From Acidimicrobiia bacterium (GTDB lineage: Bacteria > Actinomycetota > Acidimicrobiia > Spongiisociales > ZC4RG35): a stretch of DNA of 64,000 nt. Under the pieces are notes generated by a model. The model was not told the origin of the DNA and searched no databases. It was given only the letters and a program-made list of their open reading frames with translations. Where the stretch lies: positions 160,001-224,000 of the forward strand of contig CBDBCY010000004.1 of assembly GCA_965203555.1 (NCBI GenBank). Direction: 5' to 3'. The first letter of the stretch is position 1. Each line of letters begins with the position of its first letter. Shown in pieces: positions 11,470 to 21,555 of the stretch. A program made the translations under genes and the position numbers.

Positions 11470-12021
11470 ATGGCCGAGATACAACAATACGAAGAGCGGG
11501 TCATAAAGATCAACCGGGTAGCCAAGGTCGTGAAGGGCGGACGCAGGTTTTCCTTCACCGCCCTGGTGGCGGTGGGAGACGGTGCGGGCCGGGTGGGGAT
11601 AGCTCACGGGAGGGCCAAAGAGGTGCCGGTGGCCATCCAGAAGGCGATGGAGATGGCCCGTCGCTCCATGATTACCGTCCCCATGACCGGGGCCACCGTG
11701 ATACACCAAACCATAGGCAAGCATGACGCGTCGCGGGTGCTGATCAAGCCGGCCTCTCCGGGTACGGGCGTGATCGCCGGGGGAGCGGTGCGCCAGATTC
11801 TCGAAGCGGCCGGAATCAGGGACGCCCTCGCCAAGTCGCTCGGTTCCCCTTCTCATCTCAATGTGGCCAGGGCCACTATGAACGCTTTGGCCGGGCAGCG
11901 CCGTCCTGACGATGTGGCTCGTCTGCGGGGCAAGCGGCCCGAGGAGTTCGTTCCTCCCGCCCTGTTGGACGCCTATCGCTCTACCGAGGCGGTTCGCGCC
12001 GCTCCCAAGCCGGTCCGATGA
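11470..12021 (+). CDS. rpsE: 30S ribosomal protein S5
   Basis: INRVAKVVKGGRRFSF, GTGVIAGG, KSLGS. Confidence 0.97.
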   Translation: MAEIQQYEERVIKINRVAKVVKGGRRFSFTALVAVGDGAGRVGIAHGRAKEVPVAIQKAMEMARRSMITVPMTGATVIHQTIGKHDASRVLIKPASPGTGVIAGGAVRQILEAAGIRDALAKSLGSPSHLNVARATMNALAGQRRPDDVARLRGKRPEEFVPPALLDAYRSTEAVRAAPKPVR

Positions 12022-12212
12022 GCGGGCCCAAAACCCTCCGGGTCACGTTGAGACGCAGCGTCATAGGCCAAAAACCCAAGACCCGCCGAACGGTACGCGG
12101 CCTGGGGCTGTGCCGCATCGACCACACCGTGGAACATGCCGACCGGCCCGAAATAAGAGGGATGATCCACCGGGTCCGGCACCTGGTGGAAGTGGAGGAA
12201 TCCAATGTCTGA
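12018..12212 (+). CDS. rpmD: 50S ribosomal protein L30
   Basis: RSVIG, TVRGLGL, IRGMIHRVRHLV; position between rpsE and rplO. Confidence 0.95.
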   Translation: MSGPKTLRVTLRRSVIGQKPKTRRTVRGLGLCRIDHTVEHADRPEIRGMIHRVRHLVEVEESNV

Positions 12213-12654
12213 CCGCCTGATGCTTCATGATCTCAAGCCGGCGCCGGGATCCCGCAAGGCCAAGATTCGGGTCGGTAGGGGCAGGGCCGCCCGCCGGGGC
12301 CGGAAAGCCGGCCGGGGAACCAAGGGCATCAACGCCCGCAACAAACTGCGTCCCGGATTCGAGGGCGGCCAGACTCCGCTGTCGCGGCGCCTTCCCAAGT
12401 TGAAGGGTTTCAAAAACCCTCACCGCCAGGAATACACGGTGGTCAACCTGGGAGCGCTGGACGGATTCGGAGAGGGTGCGGTCCTCGGTCCCGAAACCCT
12501 CCGAGAAAAGGGTTTGGCGAAACGCCGGGGCAGGGTCAAGATCCTCGGCGATGGGGAGCTTACTTCGGGGATGACCGTCAAGGCCCATGCGTTCAGTGCT
12601 TCGGCTCGCCGTAAGATCGAAGCAGCGGGAGGAAAATGGGAAATAGTCTCCTGA
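12205..12654 (+). CDS. rplO: 50S ribosomal protein L15
   Basis: GRGTKG, GFEGGQTPL, KILGDG, KIEAAGG. Confidence 0.97.
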   Translation: MSDRLMLHDLKPAPGSRKAKIRVGRGRAARRGRKAGRGTKGINARNKLRPGFEGGQTPLSRRLPKLKGFKNPHRQEYTVVNLGALDGFGEGAVLGPETLREKGLAKRRGRVKILGDGELTSGMTVKAHAFSASARRKIEAAGGKWEIVS

Positions 12655-12688
12655 TGGGTACGGTTTCCCCGCTCCGGGAGGATGTGCG

Positions 12689-13999
12689 ATGTTGAACATC
12701 TACCGGAACATGTTCAAAGTCCCGGATCTGCGGGGAAAGATTCTTTTTACGCTGGCGATTTTCGGGGTTTACCGATTGGGCGCCACCATACCGGTTCCCG
12801 GTATCGATCTGGAGGCGGTTCAGGCCTTCCAGGAACAGCAGCAGGCGGGAGGAATCTATGGTCTTCTGAACCTGTTCTCGGGTGGCGCCCTGGAGCAGTT
12901 CTCGGTGTTCTCGCTGGGGATCATTCCCTATATCACCGCTTCCATCATGATGCAGCTCCTCACCGTGGTGATCCCCAAACTGCAGGCTTTGCAGGACGAG
13001 GGAGAAGCGGGGCGGAAGGTTATCACCCAGTGGACCAGGTACACCACGGTGGTGCTGGCGCTGATCCAGTCGACCGGTTTCACATACCTGTTCCATGTCG
13101 GCCGTTTCACCAACGGCATCGATCTGGTCCCCAACTACACACCGGGCCGGGTGGCCCTGATCGTTCTGACCATGACGGCCGGAACCGCCTTCGTGATGTG
13201 GCTGGGTGAGCAGATCAGCCAGCGGGGGATCGGCAACGGAATGTCGCTTCTCATCTTCGTCTCCATCCTCAGCCAGTTCCCCTTCGTGTTCGGCCAGATC
13301 TGGGGACAGACCGCCGCCGTGGGGCTTTTCCTGCGCTTTGTGGTCATCATCCTGGTGTTCATGGTGGTGATAGTCACCATCATCTATGTCGATCAGGGTC
13401 AGCGGCGGATCCCGGTTTCCTTCGCCAAGAGGGTGCGGGGACGCCGGGTGATGGGCGGCCAGAACACATACATTCCGCTCAAGGTCAACACCGCCGGGGT
13501 GATCCCGGTGATCTTCGCCACCTCGATGCTTTTGTTCCCCTCGTTGATCGTCACTGCCATCCCCTCCGACGCGGCCTGGGTCCAGGCTCTGTACCGATGG
13601 GTCGATCAAAACCTGGGCGGCGGCGGGCAGATCAGTTGGTGGTACGTCGCTTTGTTGTTCTCTTTGATCATCTTCTTCACCTACTTCTACAACGCCATCC
13701 AGTTCGATCCTGCCCGCCAGGCAGAGATGTTGCAGAGGCAGGGTGGGTTCATACCGGGTGTGCGCCCGGGTGGGCAGACCGCATCGTTTCTGGGCAGAAT
13801 CCTCAACCGCATCACCCTTCCCGGGTCGGTCTTCTTGGCGGTGATCGCCGTTTTGCCGGCCCTGGCGGGTCTTCTGTGGAACATACCCATCAGTTTTTCC
13901 GGGGTATCCATACTGATTGTGGTGGGTGTGGCTCTTGAGACGATGAAACAGATCGAAAGCCAACTCACCATGCGCAACTACGAAGGTTTCCTTACCTGA
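12689..13999 (+). CDS. secY: Preprotein translocase subunit SecY
   Basis: About 10 hydrophobic segments; LGIIPYITASI, GIGNGMSL, GVIPVIFA, FIPGVRPG, LIVVGVAL. Confidence 0.98.
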   Translation: MLNIYRNMFKVPDLRGKILFTLAIFGVYRLGATIPVPGIDLEAVQAFQEQQQAGGIYGLLNLFSGGALEQFSVFSLGIIPYITASIMMQLLTVVIPKLQALQDEGEAGRKVITQWTRYTTVVLALIQSTGFTYLFHVGRFTNGIDLVPNYTPGRVALIVLTMTAGTAFVMWLGEQISQRGIGNGMSLLIFVSILSQFPFVFGQIWGQTAAVGLFLRFVVIILVFMVVIVTIIYVDQGQRRIPVSFAKRVRGRRVMGGQNTYIPLKVNTAGVIPVIFATSMLLFPSLIVTAIPSDAAWVQALYRWVDQNLGGGGQISWWYVALLFSLIIFFTYFYNAIQFDPARQAEMLQRQGGFIPGVRPGGQTASFLGRILNRITLPGSVFLAVIAVLPALAGLLWNIPISFSGVSILIVVGVALETMKQIESQLTMRNYEGFLT

Positions 14000-14016
14000 G
14001 CGATGGGACAAGGTAG

Positions 14017-14586
14017 ATGAGGCTTCTGATCGTGGGTCCGCCGGGGTCGGGGAAGGGTACCCAGGCTGTGCGGATGGCGCAGCAACTGGGAATCCCCCAC
14101 ATTTCCACCGGAGAGATGTTCCGTGGTCATGTCTCCCGCGGCACTGCGCTGGGAAAGCAGGTGAGGGTGTTGATGGAGGCGGGGGAATATGTTCCCGACC
14201 GGATCACCGGAGAGATGCTGGCTGAACGGTTGACTCATTCCGACACTTCCGGGGGGTTCATTCTCGACGGTTTTCCTCGCACCCTTCCCCAGGCGCGTCT
14301 GCTGGATGAACTCTTGACGGAAACGCCGCTGGATGCAGTGGTCTCGCTGGAAGTGGAGAATGAAGAACTGATGGGCAGGATGCTCTCCCGAGGTCGGGCG
14401 GATGACACCCCTGACACCATTCGTCGCCGCTTGGAGGTCTATCAGGTCCAGACGGCGCCGCTATTGGACTTCTACGCCTCTGCGGGGTTGATCCAGGCGG
14501 TGGATGGTTCCGGTGACATAAACCAGATAACCGAGCGCATCATGGTGACGCTTTCGACGACATTTCCGCGGCGGCGTCTTCTTTGA
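14017..14586 (+). CDS. adk: Adenylate kinase, short (LID-less) type
   Basis: GPPGSGKGTQ, HISTG, FILDGFPRT, RGRADD. Confidence 0.96.
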   Translation: MRLLIVGPPGSGKGTQAVRMAQQLGIPHISTGEMFRGHVSRGTALGKQVRVLMEAGEYVPDRITGEMLAERLTHSDTSGGFILDGFPRTLPQARLLDELLTETPLDAVVSLEVENEELMGRMLSRGRADDTPDTIRRRLEVYQVQTAPLLDFYASAGLIQAVDGSGDINQITERIMVTLSTTFPRRRLL

Positions 14587-15365
14587 TCACCTTTAAGACA
14601 CCCGCCCAGTTCAAGAAGATGGAGGTGGCGGGGCGGTGCGTGGCAAAGGTCCACGAAGCTGTCCGGGAGGCGGTCCGCCCGGGAGTCACCACCATGGAGT
14701 TGGACCAAGTGGCTGAGAGAGTGATCCGTGCGCATGGGTGCATTCCCTCTTTTCTGGGGTACCGCGGTTTTCCGGCCTCCATATGCTCATCCCCCAACGA
14801 TGTGATCGTTCACGGCATCCCTGACTTTCGACGGTTGCGCTCCGGGGACCTGCTTTCCATTGATGTCGGGGCCATCTACGAGGGTTTTCACGCCGATGCC
14901 GCTTTCACGGTTGCGGTGGGCGACGTGTCGGACGAGGCGGCTGCCCTGTCGGACACCACCTACAAGGCCCTGTGGGCGGGCCTGCGGATGGCCCGTCCCC
15001 GGATGAGAATCGGAGATATAGGGGCTGCGGTGGAGGCGTTGGCTCGTCCTGCAGGCTACGGGGTGGTGGAAGGCTATGTCGGGCACGGCATTGGCCGGCA
15101 GATGCACGAAAAGCCCGACGTTCCCAATGTGGGACGACCCGGCAAGGGAGTGAAACTGAGAGTGGGGATGGCTCTGTGCGTAGAGCCCATGTTCAATCTG
15201 GGCGCCGCCGACACCCGGGTGGACCCCGACGGTTGGACGGTGCGTACCGCTGATGGTACGCTGTCGGCGCATTGGGAACACACCGTTTGTCTCACCCCTG
15301 ACGGGCCTCTGGTCACCACCACTGCGTCGGCAATCAATTTGCTTGAAGCGGCGTGTAGTTGGTAA
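14583..15365 (+). CDS. map: Methionine aminopeptidase type I
   Basis: HGIP, IDVGA, HADAA, GHGIG, EPM, SAHWEHTV. Confidence 0.96.
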   Translation: MITFKTPAQFKKMEVAGRCVAKVHEAVREAVRPGVTTMELDQVAERVIRAHGCIPSFLGYRGFPASICSSPNDVIVHGIPDFRRLRSGDLLSIDVGAIYEGFHADAAFTVAVGDVSDEAAALSDTTYKALWAGLRMARPRMRIGDIGAAVEALARPAGYGVVEGYVGHGIGRQMHEKPDVPNVGRPGKGVKLRVGMALCVEPMFNLGAADTRVDPDGWTVRTADGTLSAHWEHTVCLTPDGPLVTTTASAINLLEAACSW

Positions 15366-15368
15366 TAT
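15339..15368 (+). promoter_or_regulatory. Putative sigma-A promoter for infA-rpmJ-rpsMKD-rpoA-rplQ
   Basis: TTGCTT-18 nt-TAATAT with TGG before the -10 element, 27 nt upstream of the infA ATG. Confidence 0.5.
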
Positions 15369-15395
15369 GCATGAAGTTGGCGCGAAAAACTCCGA

Positions 15396-15617
15396 ATGAC
15401 TGAAGACGCTTCCGTTGTTCGGGTCCAGGGCACCGTTCTTCAAAACCTTCCGAATGCCACATTCAAGGTGGAGGTTGACGGTGGCCTGGTGGTGTTGGCT
15501 CATGTTTCGGGGAAAATGCGTATGAGATACATCCGGATTCTTCCTGGTGACCGAGTGGACCTGGAGTTGTCTGCCTACGACCCCACCAGGGGCAGAATCG
15601 TCTGGAGATACAGGTGA
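15396..15617 (+). CDS. infA: Translation initiation factor IF-1
   Basis: [35 protein letters not shown]. Confidence 0.97.
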   Translation: MTEDASVVRVQGTVLQNLPNATFKVEVDGGLVVLAHVSGKMRMRYIRILPGDRVDLELSAYDPTRGRIVWRYR

Positions 15618-15727
15618 AAGTAAAACCATCGACCCGCAAGATGTGCGAGAAGTGCCGGATAATCCGGCGCCACCGTCGCGTGTGGGTTATTTGCGAAAAC
15701 CCCCGGCACAAGCAAAGGCAGGGATGA
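15614..15727 (+). CDS. rpmJ: 50S ribosomal protein L36 (not in ORF track)
   Basis: Translated by hand from GTG: [37 protein letters not shown]. Confidence 0.96.
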   Translation: MKVKPSTRKMCEKCRIIRRHRRVWVICENPRHKQRQG

Positions 15728-15730
15728 GCA

Positions 15731-16111
15731 GTGGCCAGAATTGCCGGCGTAGATCTGCCTCGCGACAAGCGGTTGGAAATCTCACTGACCTACATCTTTG
15801 GAGTAGGCCGCTCCCGGGCGCTGGAGATCTGTGAGTTCATGAGAATCGATCCGGGCACCAAGGTGCGGGATCTGACCGAAGAGGAAGCGGCCTCCATCAG
15901 GCGCTTCATCGACGTCAACTATCAGGTGGAAGGTGATCTGCGCCGCCAGATCGGCCAGAACATCCGCCGCAAGACCGAGATCAGTTGCTACCAGGGCATC
16001 CGGCATCGTCGCGGCTTGCCGGTTCGCGGTCAGCGGACCCATACCAACGGGCGGACTCGCAAGGGCAGACGGATAGCGATTGCCGGCAAGAAAAAGCCTG
16101 CCAAACACTGA
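15731..16111 (+). CDS. rpsM: 30S ribosomal protein S13
   Basis: [31 protein letters not shown]. Confidence 0.98.
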   Translation: MARIAGVDLPRDKRLEISLTYIFGVGRSRALEICEFMRIDPGTKVRDLTEEEAASIRRFIDVNYQVEGDLRRQIGQNIRRKTEISCYQGIRHRRGLPVRGQRTHTNGRTRKGRRIAIAGKKKPAKH

Positions 16112-16128
16112 GAACGCTAAGGGGCGAT

Positions 16129-16524
16129 ATGGCTGCCAGAGGACCACAAAAACGGGTGCGCCGCCGTGAGCGCAAGAACATCGCTTACGCCAAAGCACAC
16201 ATCAAGGCAAGTTTCAATAACACCATCATCAACATCACCGACCAGCAGGGAAACACCATCGTGTGGACCTCGGGAGGTTCGGTGGGATTCAAGGGTTCTC
16301 GCAAGTCGACCCCTTACGCGGCCCAGCTTGCAGCCGAGGAGGCCGCCCGGCAGGCCGGAGAGCATGGTGTGCGCAAGATAGAGGTGATCATCAGCGGCAC
16401 CGGTCCGGGCAAGGATGCGTGGCGGACCCTGCAGCACATGGGACTGGAGGTTGCCGGTTCTCCTCGCGACGCCACTCCCACCGTTCACAACGGATGCCGC
16501 CCCAAGAAGCGGAGAAGAGGCTGA
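16129..16524 (+). CDS. rpsK: 30S ribosomal protein S11
   Basis: [28 protein letters not shown]. Confidence 0.97.
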   Translation: MAARGPQKRVRRRERKNIAYAKAHIKASFNNTIINITDQQGNTIVWTSGGSVGFKGSRKSTPYAAQLAAEEAARQAGEHGVRKIEVIISGTGPGKDAWRTLQHMGLEVAGSPRDATPTVHNGCRPKKRRRG

Positions 16525-17129
16525 TGGCCCGCTACACCGGCCCCCGACACAAGGCTTGCCGCCGGGCGCGCGAGACGCTCTGTCAATCCCGCAAATGTCC
16601 GGTGGACCGCCGTCCCTATCCCCCCGGGGAGCACGGGCGACGCAGGATCAGGGAGAGCGACTATCTTATCCGTCTGCGGGAGAAGCAGAAGCTGCGGGCC
16701 ATGTATGGTGTCCTGGAGCGTCAGTTCCGCGGCTACTACCATCGCGCCGCCCGGGGTGAGGGCATCACCGGAGAGAGTCTGCTGCGGCTCTTGGAGTTGC
16801 GCCTCGACAATGTGGTTTGGAGATCCGGCATGGCGGCCACTCGGGCCCAGGCCCGTCAATTGGTCAACCACGGCCACTTCCAGGTCAACGGCAAGAAGGT
16901 TGATATCCCGTCCTACCAGGTGCGCCAGGGTGACGTGGTGACTCTTCGGGAAAAGAGCACGGACCTGATCATCGTGCAACACGCCATAGATACGCTCACC
17001 CGCAACGTTCCTGAATGGCTGACCGTTGATCATGAAGCGCGCCGGATCGAGGTATTCAGCCTGCCCAGCAAAGAGCAGATTGACACACGCATCGACGTGC
17101 AGTTGGTCGTTGAGCTCTATTCGAAGTAA
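16524..17129 (+). CDS. rpsD: 30S ribosomal protein S4
   Basis: MARYTGP, PPGEHG, LREKQK, LELRLDNVV, QARQLVNHGH, VELYSK. Confidence 0.98.
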   Translation: MARYTGPRHKACRRARETLCQSRKCPVDRRPYPPGEHGRRRIRESDYLIRLREKQKLRAMYGVLERQFRGYYHRAARGEGITGESLLRLLELRLDNVVWRSGMAATRAQARQLVNHGHFQVNGKKVDIPSYQVRQGDVVTLREKSTDLIIVQHAIDTLTRNVPEWLTVDHEARRIEVFSLPSKEQIDTRIDVQLVVELYSK

Positions 17130-17156
17130 TCCGAAGGGTAGAAGGGGGTTTTTGCC

Positions 17157-18116
17157 ATGTTGATAGTTCAACGTCCTGAGATATTCGAGAAAGAGAAGAG
17201 CGAAGTCCGTTCGGAGTTTGTGATGGAGCCGTTGGAGCCCGGTTTGGGACACACCCTCGGCAACACTGTCAGGCGCTCGCTTCTGTCCCGGGTACCGGGG
17301 GCGGCCATAACCGCCATTCAGATCGAGGGGACCGACCACGAGTTCGCCACCATCGAGGGTGTGGTGGAGGACGTGGTGGACATCATCCTCAATCTCAAGG
17401 CGGTGGTGATCCGCCTGGAGGGAAGCGGTCCCGAGCGAGTGTATCTCAAGGCAACGGGCGCCGGGCCTGTCTCCGCGGGAGCTTTCGAGACGCCGGCCGA
17501 GGTGAAGGTGATCAATCCCACGACTCACATCGCCACCCTTTCGACGAGGGGCCGGTTGGAGATCGAGGCCTGGGTCCATGCCGGCGTGGGCTACCGGTCC
17601 GCTGAGGACAACAAGGAGAAGACCAGCGGAGCGGTGGGGGTGATCCCCATCGATTCCATTTTCTCGCCGGTGCGCCGGGTGTCCTACAGGGTGGAGAACA
17701 CCCAGGTCGGTCAGATGACCAACTACGAGCGGCTCATCCTCGACGTTGAGACCAATGGGTCGGTACGTCCGGCGCAGGCGGTGTCCTCGGTGGGCAAGAC
17801 GCTGGGAGAATTGGTCGGCCTTATCGCCGGAGTGGGCGAGGGTATGGGACTGGAACTGGGCGACTTCCCGGTTCCCGAAACCGGAAGCGATGACCTTCAT
17901 CTTCCCATCGAAGCCCTGGAGTTGTCCGAGCGGCCCCGCAACTGTTTGCGGCGGTCGGGAATCGCCACGGTGGGAGATCTGGTGAAGTGCACCTCAGGAC
18001 AACTGCTCGACATCACCAACTTCGGGCAGAGGAGCCTGGAGGAGGTCCAGGAGCGTCTCGATGAAATGGGTTTGAGCCTCAGCGACCAGGAAGCGTCCAA
18101 TGCCGCGTCCTCCTAA
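17157..18116 (+). CDS. rpoA: RNA polymerase alpha subunit
   Basis: [30 protein letters not shown]; alpha-CTD with NCL and NFGQRS. Confidence 0.98.
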   Translation: MLIVQRPEIFEKEKSEVRSEFVMEPLEPGLGHTLGNTVRRSLLSRVPGAAITAIQIEGTDHEFATIEGVVEDVVDIILNLKAVVIRLEGSGPERVYLKATGAGPVSAGAFETPAEVKVINPTTHIATLSTRGRLEIEAWVHAGVGYRSAEDNKEKTSGAVGVIPIDSIFSPVRRVSYRVENTQVGQMTNYERLILDVETNGSVRPAQAVSSVGKTLGELVGLIAGVGEGMGLELGDFPVPETGSDDLHLPIEALELSERPRNCLRRSGIATVGDLVKCTSGQLLDITNFGQRSLEEVQERLDEMGLSLSDQEASNAASS

Positions 18117-18450
18117 AGGCGCCCGCCTGGGGGGTTCCCCCGCCCATCACCACAGAATGATGGCCAACCTGGCTGCTTCATTGATTATCGAGGAGAAGAT
18201 CACCACCACTCATGGCCGGGCCCGCTCGGTGCGTCCCGTAGTGGAGAAACTGATAACCCGGGCACGGCGCGGCGACCTGCATTCCAGGCGGATCGTTCTC
18301 AGGACCATTCAGGACACCGACGTGGTGACCAAGCTCTTCGACGAGGTGGCGCCTCGCTACAACCACCGTCCCGGCGGCTATACCCGCATCGTCAAGTTGG
18401 GTCCCCGGCGCGGGGACGGGGCGGAGATGGCCGTCATCGAGTTGGTTTGA
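18100..18450 (+). CDS. rplQ: 50S ribosomal protein L17
   Basis: [33 protein letters not shown]. Confidence 0.97.
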   Translation: MPRPPKGARLGGSPAHHHRMMANLAASLIIEEKITTTHGRARSVRPVVEKLITRARRGDLHSRRIVLRTIQDTDVVTKLFDEVAPRYNHRPGGYTRIVKLGPRRGDGAEMAVIELV

Positions 18451-18487
18451 CGGCCGACTCCCTGGTGCGGCGCCGCGGTATCAGGCG

Positions 18488-18988
18488 ATGATCATCATCA
18501 GGAGGGCGGCGGCCGCAGCCTTCTTTCGAAAGAACGCGGTGTTCGAGATCTACCTGGATCACCGCGCCACCGCAGACGCGGCCCTACTCATCCTCGGATT
18601 GGCCGGAATCGGCTACCTGTGGAGGGTGGTCCTTGAAGGTTATAGATTCTCGGTGTGGAATCTGCTGCTCTTGCTGCTCAACGCATTGATGCTCTGGATC
18701 GTTCGGGCGGGTGTCTGCCTGCTGGTCGGCAAGGTCTTTTTCCGCAAAGACTCGTCGATGGCGACCATCATGCGTCTCCAGGGATTCTGCTACCTGCCGC
18801 TGGTATTGACTTTTCTCTCTGCCTCGATCGGCGTGTTCGGCATCATCTGGTTCTTGGCTTTGCTGGTGTTTGCCACCGCCGAAGCGATGGAGTTGCTGAT
18901 CTGGCAGGCCGCGGTGACGATTGCTGCCAGCGTGGTCGGGCTGTTCCTCATCAGCCCTCTGCTCTGGGGTGGCTACCGGCTGTTCTAG
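18488..18988 (+). CDS. Polytopic membrane protein, YIP1-like
   Basis: About 5 hydrophobic segments; pattern resembles bacterial YIP1-family proteins (family call is tentative). Confidence 0.6.
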   Translation: MIIIRRAAAAAFFRKNAVFEIYLDHRATADAALLILGLAGIGYLWRVVLEGYRFSVWNLLLLLLNALMLWIVRAGVCLLVGKVFFRKDSSMATIMRLQGFCYLPLVLTFLSASIGVFGIIWFLALLVFATAEAMELLIWQAAVTIAASVVGLFLISPLLWGGYRLF

Positions 18989-19783
18989 ATGACGCGTTCA
19001 CAAGCGGTCGGGCTGTTCTCCTATCGTCTCGACCTGGCCTATGAGGGAACCGGGTTTCACGGCTTCGCTCGACAGCCGTCGGTGCGGACCGTGCAGGTAG
19101 AGTTGGAGAAGGCGCTGCGGGTAGTGCTCCGGGAAGAGGTGACCAGCACCTGTGCCGGCCGCACGGACGCCGGAGTCCATGCCCGCCGCCAAGTGGTCAG
19201 CATGACCCTGGGGCGCCCGGTGGAAGACCCGATGGCGGTGGTTCGCTCTCTCAATCGGCTTCTGCCTGCGGACATGGCTGTCATTCGACTGTCTGCGGTA
19301 GCCGAGGGGTGGAGCGCCCGCTTCACGGCGAAGTGGCGGGCTTACCGTTACCATTTACGGACCGATCCGGCGCCCGACCCGTTGCAACGTCGCCTGGTTT
19401 GGCATGTGGGGTTTCCATTGGACGTCGAGGCCATGAATCGGGCGGCAGGCCATCTGGTGGGAATCCATGACTTCGCGTCTTTCTGCCGCGCCGCGGAAGG
19501 TCGCTCCACCGTTCGAGAGGTCGAGTATGCGCGCTGGAGTGTGCACGGAGTTGGCCGCCTGGTGTTTGAAGTCCGGGCGTCGGCGTTCTGTCACCAGATG
19601 GTTAGATCGCTGGTGGGGTGGTGTGTGGCCGTCGGCCGGGGACGCCGCCGCGCCGCTGAGACTCCCGCCGTGCTCGCAGCCCGCTCTCGGCAGGCGGCTG
19701 GTCCGGTGGCGCCTCCCCATGGGCTGATCCTTTGGGAAGTAGGTTATGGAGAGACCGGAGACGAAGAGACCGGAGACGGTTAG
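18989..19783 (+). CDS. truA: tRNA pseudouridine(38-40) synthase
   Basis: AYEGTGFHGF, AGRTDAGVHA, HDFASF, FCHQMVR, APPHGL. Confidence 0.96.
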   Translation: MTRSQAVGLFSYRLDLAYEGTGFHGFARQPSVRTVQVELEKALRVVLREEVTSTCAGRTDAGVHARRQVVSMTLGRPVEDPMAVVRSLNRLLPADMAVIRLSAVAEGWSARFTAKWRAYRYHLRTDPAPDPLQRRLVWHVGFPLDVEAMNRAAGHLVGIHDFASFCRAAEGRSTVREVEYARWSVHGVGRLVFEVRASAFCHQMVRSLVGWCVAVGRGRRRAAETPAVLAARSRQAAGPVAPPHGLILWEVGYGETGDEETGDG

Positions 19784-19792
19784 GAGAAGGTT

Positions 19793-20446
19793 GTGAGAGT
19801 TAAGGCTGTGCTGTTCGACGCCGGTGGGACATTGGTTTTGCAACACCCCGAGTTGATGGGCGAAGTATTGGGCGTCGATCTCGACCAGGACTCCTGCTTC
19901 GAGGCCCATTATCTGGCCATGGACGCCTACTCGCGGCGCTATCGCAACGGTGTGCGAACCCATGGCTGGGAGTGGTGGTTGGAGCACTATTTCACCACCT
20001 TGCAGGTTCCGTCCCCATCGGAAGCCGGGCCCAGAATCCGGTTCGGTCACGGTATGTGGAATCTGCCCATTCGGGGAGTGGAGGCAGGGGTGTCCCGCCT
20101 GCTGGACCAGGGCATGCGCTGCGCGGTCATCTCGAACTCGGACGGATCGATTCGGGCCTCTTTGGCGGAAGCCGACCTCTCCCATCTGTTTGAGTTCGTG
20201 ATCGACTCTTCCGAGGTGGGTTGCCGCAAGCCCCAACCGAAGATCTTCGAGATGGGCATCGAGAAACTGGGCGGGGTCACTGCCGGTGAGGTGGCTTACG
20301 TGGGTGATTCCATGTTCCACGACGTGGACGGGGCGCTGCAGGCCGGCTACGGTCAGGCCTGGTTGGTGGATCCCTTGGGCCTCTATCCCGATCAGATCTT
20401 GCGGGTGTCGTCGGTGGCAGCAATGCCCGAAGCCCTGGGGCTTTGA
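19793..20446 (+). CDS. HAD-superfamily hydrolase
   Basis: FDAGGTL (motif I), ISN (II), KP (III), VGDS..HD (IV). Confidence 0.88.
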   Translation: MRVKAVLFDAGGTLVLQHPELMGEVLGVDLDQDSCFEAHYLAMDAYSRRYRNGVRTHGWEWWLEHYFTTLQVPSPSEAGPRIRFGHGMWNLPIRGVEAGVSRLLDQGMRCAVISNSDGSIRASLAEADLSHLFEFVIDSSEVGCRKPQPKIFEMGIEKLGGVTAGEVAYVGDSMFHDVDGALQAGYGQAWLVDPLGLYPDQILRVSSVAAMPEALGL

Positions 20447-20653
20447 GGTGGTCACGGCCTGCACCGCCGCACTGGGATCGGACGGAGGCGCAGCCGGCCC
20501 GCTGGACGGAAGATCTGACCTATCTCCTGCTTTTCCATGCGCTCCGCAGAAAATCCCGTTTTTGATCTGGAGCGGGGCGGCTTTATCATTGGGGGGCCGA
20601 GTCGGCTATTCGGCTCAGTTTGGCGCCCTTTTCATCTAAATGGAGTTTGTGGC

Positions 20654-21133
20654 TTGACTGCGCGAACTAAACCTGTGATCTCCAAGACCTTCTCGCCCTC
20701 CGCTGACCGGGTTGATCCCGATTGGTGGGTGGTGGACGCTTCCGGCCTTCCGCTGGGGAGGCTGGCGTCGGAGATAGCCAAAGTGATCCGCGGTAAGCAC
20801 AAGCCGACTTTCGCTCCCCACGTCGACGGAGGCGACTACGTGGTGGTTGTAAACGCCGACCGAGTGGGCCTGACCGCGTCCAAGAGGGAGCAAAAGGTGT
20901 ACTACCGGCACTCAGGCTATCCGGGCGGTATCAAAGCTGAGTCATTTCAGTCTCTCATCAGGCGGCGACCGCAAGAAGTGATCGAACGGGCCGTGCGGGG
21001 GATGCTTCCCAAGAACCGGCTGGGGAGAAAGATGTTCCGCAAACTCAAGGTTTATGCAGGGGCCTCCCATCCGCACGCTTCCCAAAAGCCGGTGGCCTTG
21101 GAGCTGAAGATCCGTAAGGTGGACGATAGATGA
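20654..21133 (+). CDS. rplM: 50S ribosomal protein L13
   Basis: WWVVDA, LGRLAS, GKHKP, HSGYPGG, RGMLPKN. Start uncertain (TTG 20654 follows GGAG; GTG 20675 also possible). Confidence 0.95.
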   Translation: MTARTKPVISKTFSPSADRVDPDWWVVDASGLPLGRLASEIAKVIRGKHKPTFAPHVDGGDYVVVVNADRVGLTASKREQKVYYRHSGYPGGIKAESFQSLIRRRPQEVIERAVRGMLPKNRLGRKMFRKLKVYAGASHPHASQKPVALELKIRKVDDR

Positions 21134-21522
21134 GCGCTCCGTTGGTTCAAGCGACCGGACGCCGCAAGGCCTCGGTGGCGCGGGTAAGGCTTTACGAGGG
21201 GAGCGGACAGATCACCCTGAACAAGCGCCCTATCGAAGATTACTTCCCGACCATTGCTCGCCGGATCAGAGTGTTGGAACCGTTGGAGGTCACCAGCACC
21301 AGGGGCCGGTATGATGTCAACGCCACTCTTCACGGAGGAGGCGTCACGGGACAGGCCGATGCCCTGCGACTGGGAATCGCCCGCGCATTGGCGGAGGTGG
21401 AACCCGGATTGCGTCTCACTCTGAAGAGGCAGGGTCTGCTGCGCCGGGACGCGCGGGTGGTGGAGCGCAAGAAGTACGGCCTGAAGAAAGCCCGCCGCGC
21501 TCCCCAGTACACCAAGCGCTGA
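21130..21522 (+). CDS. rpsI: 30S ribosomal protein S9
   Basis: [38 protein letters not shown]. Confidence 0.98.
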   Translation: MSAPLVQATGRRKASVARVRLYEGSGQITLNKRPIEDYFPTIARRIRVLEPLEVTSTRGRYDVNATLHGGGVTGQADALRLGIARALAEVEPGLRLTLKRQGLLRRDARVVERKKYGLKKARRAPQYTKR

Positions 21523-21555
21523 TCCTCGGTTGACGGCAGGCGCGCCAAGGCCGAG

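Noticed and set aside
19748-19780. Short tandem duplication gagaccggagacg x2 at the end of truA
   Set aside because: Only two units in a dispensable C-terminal tail; not an array.
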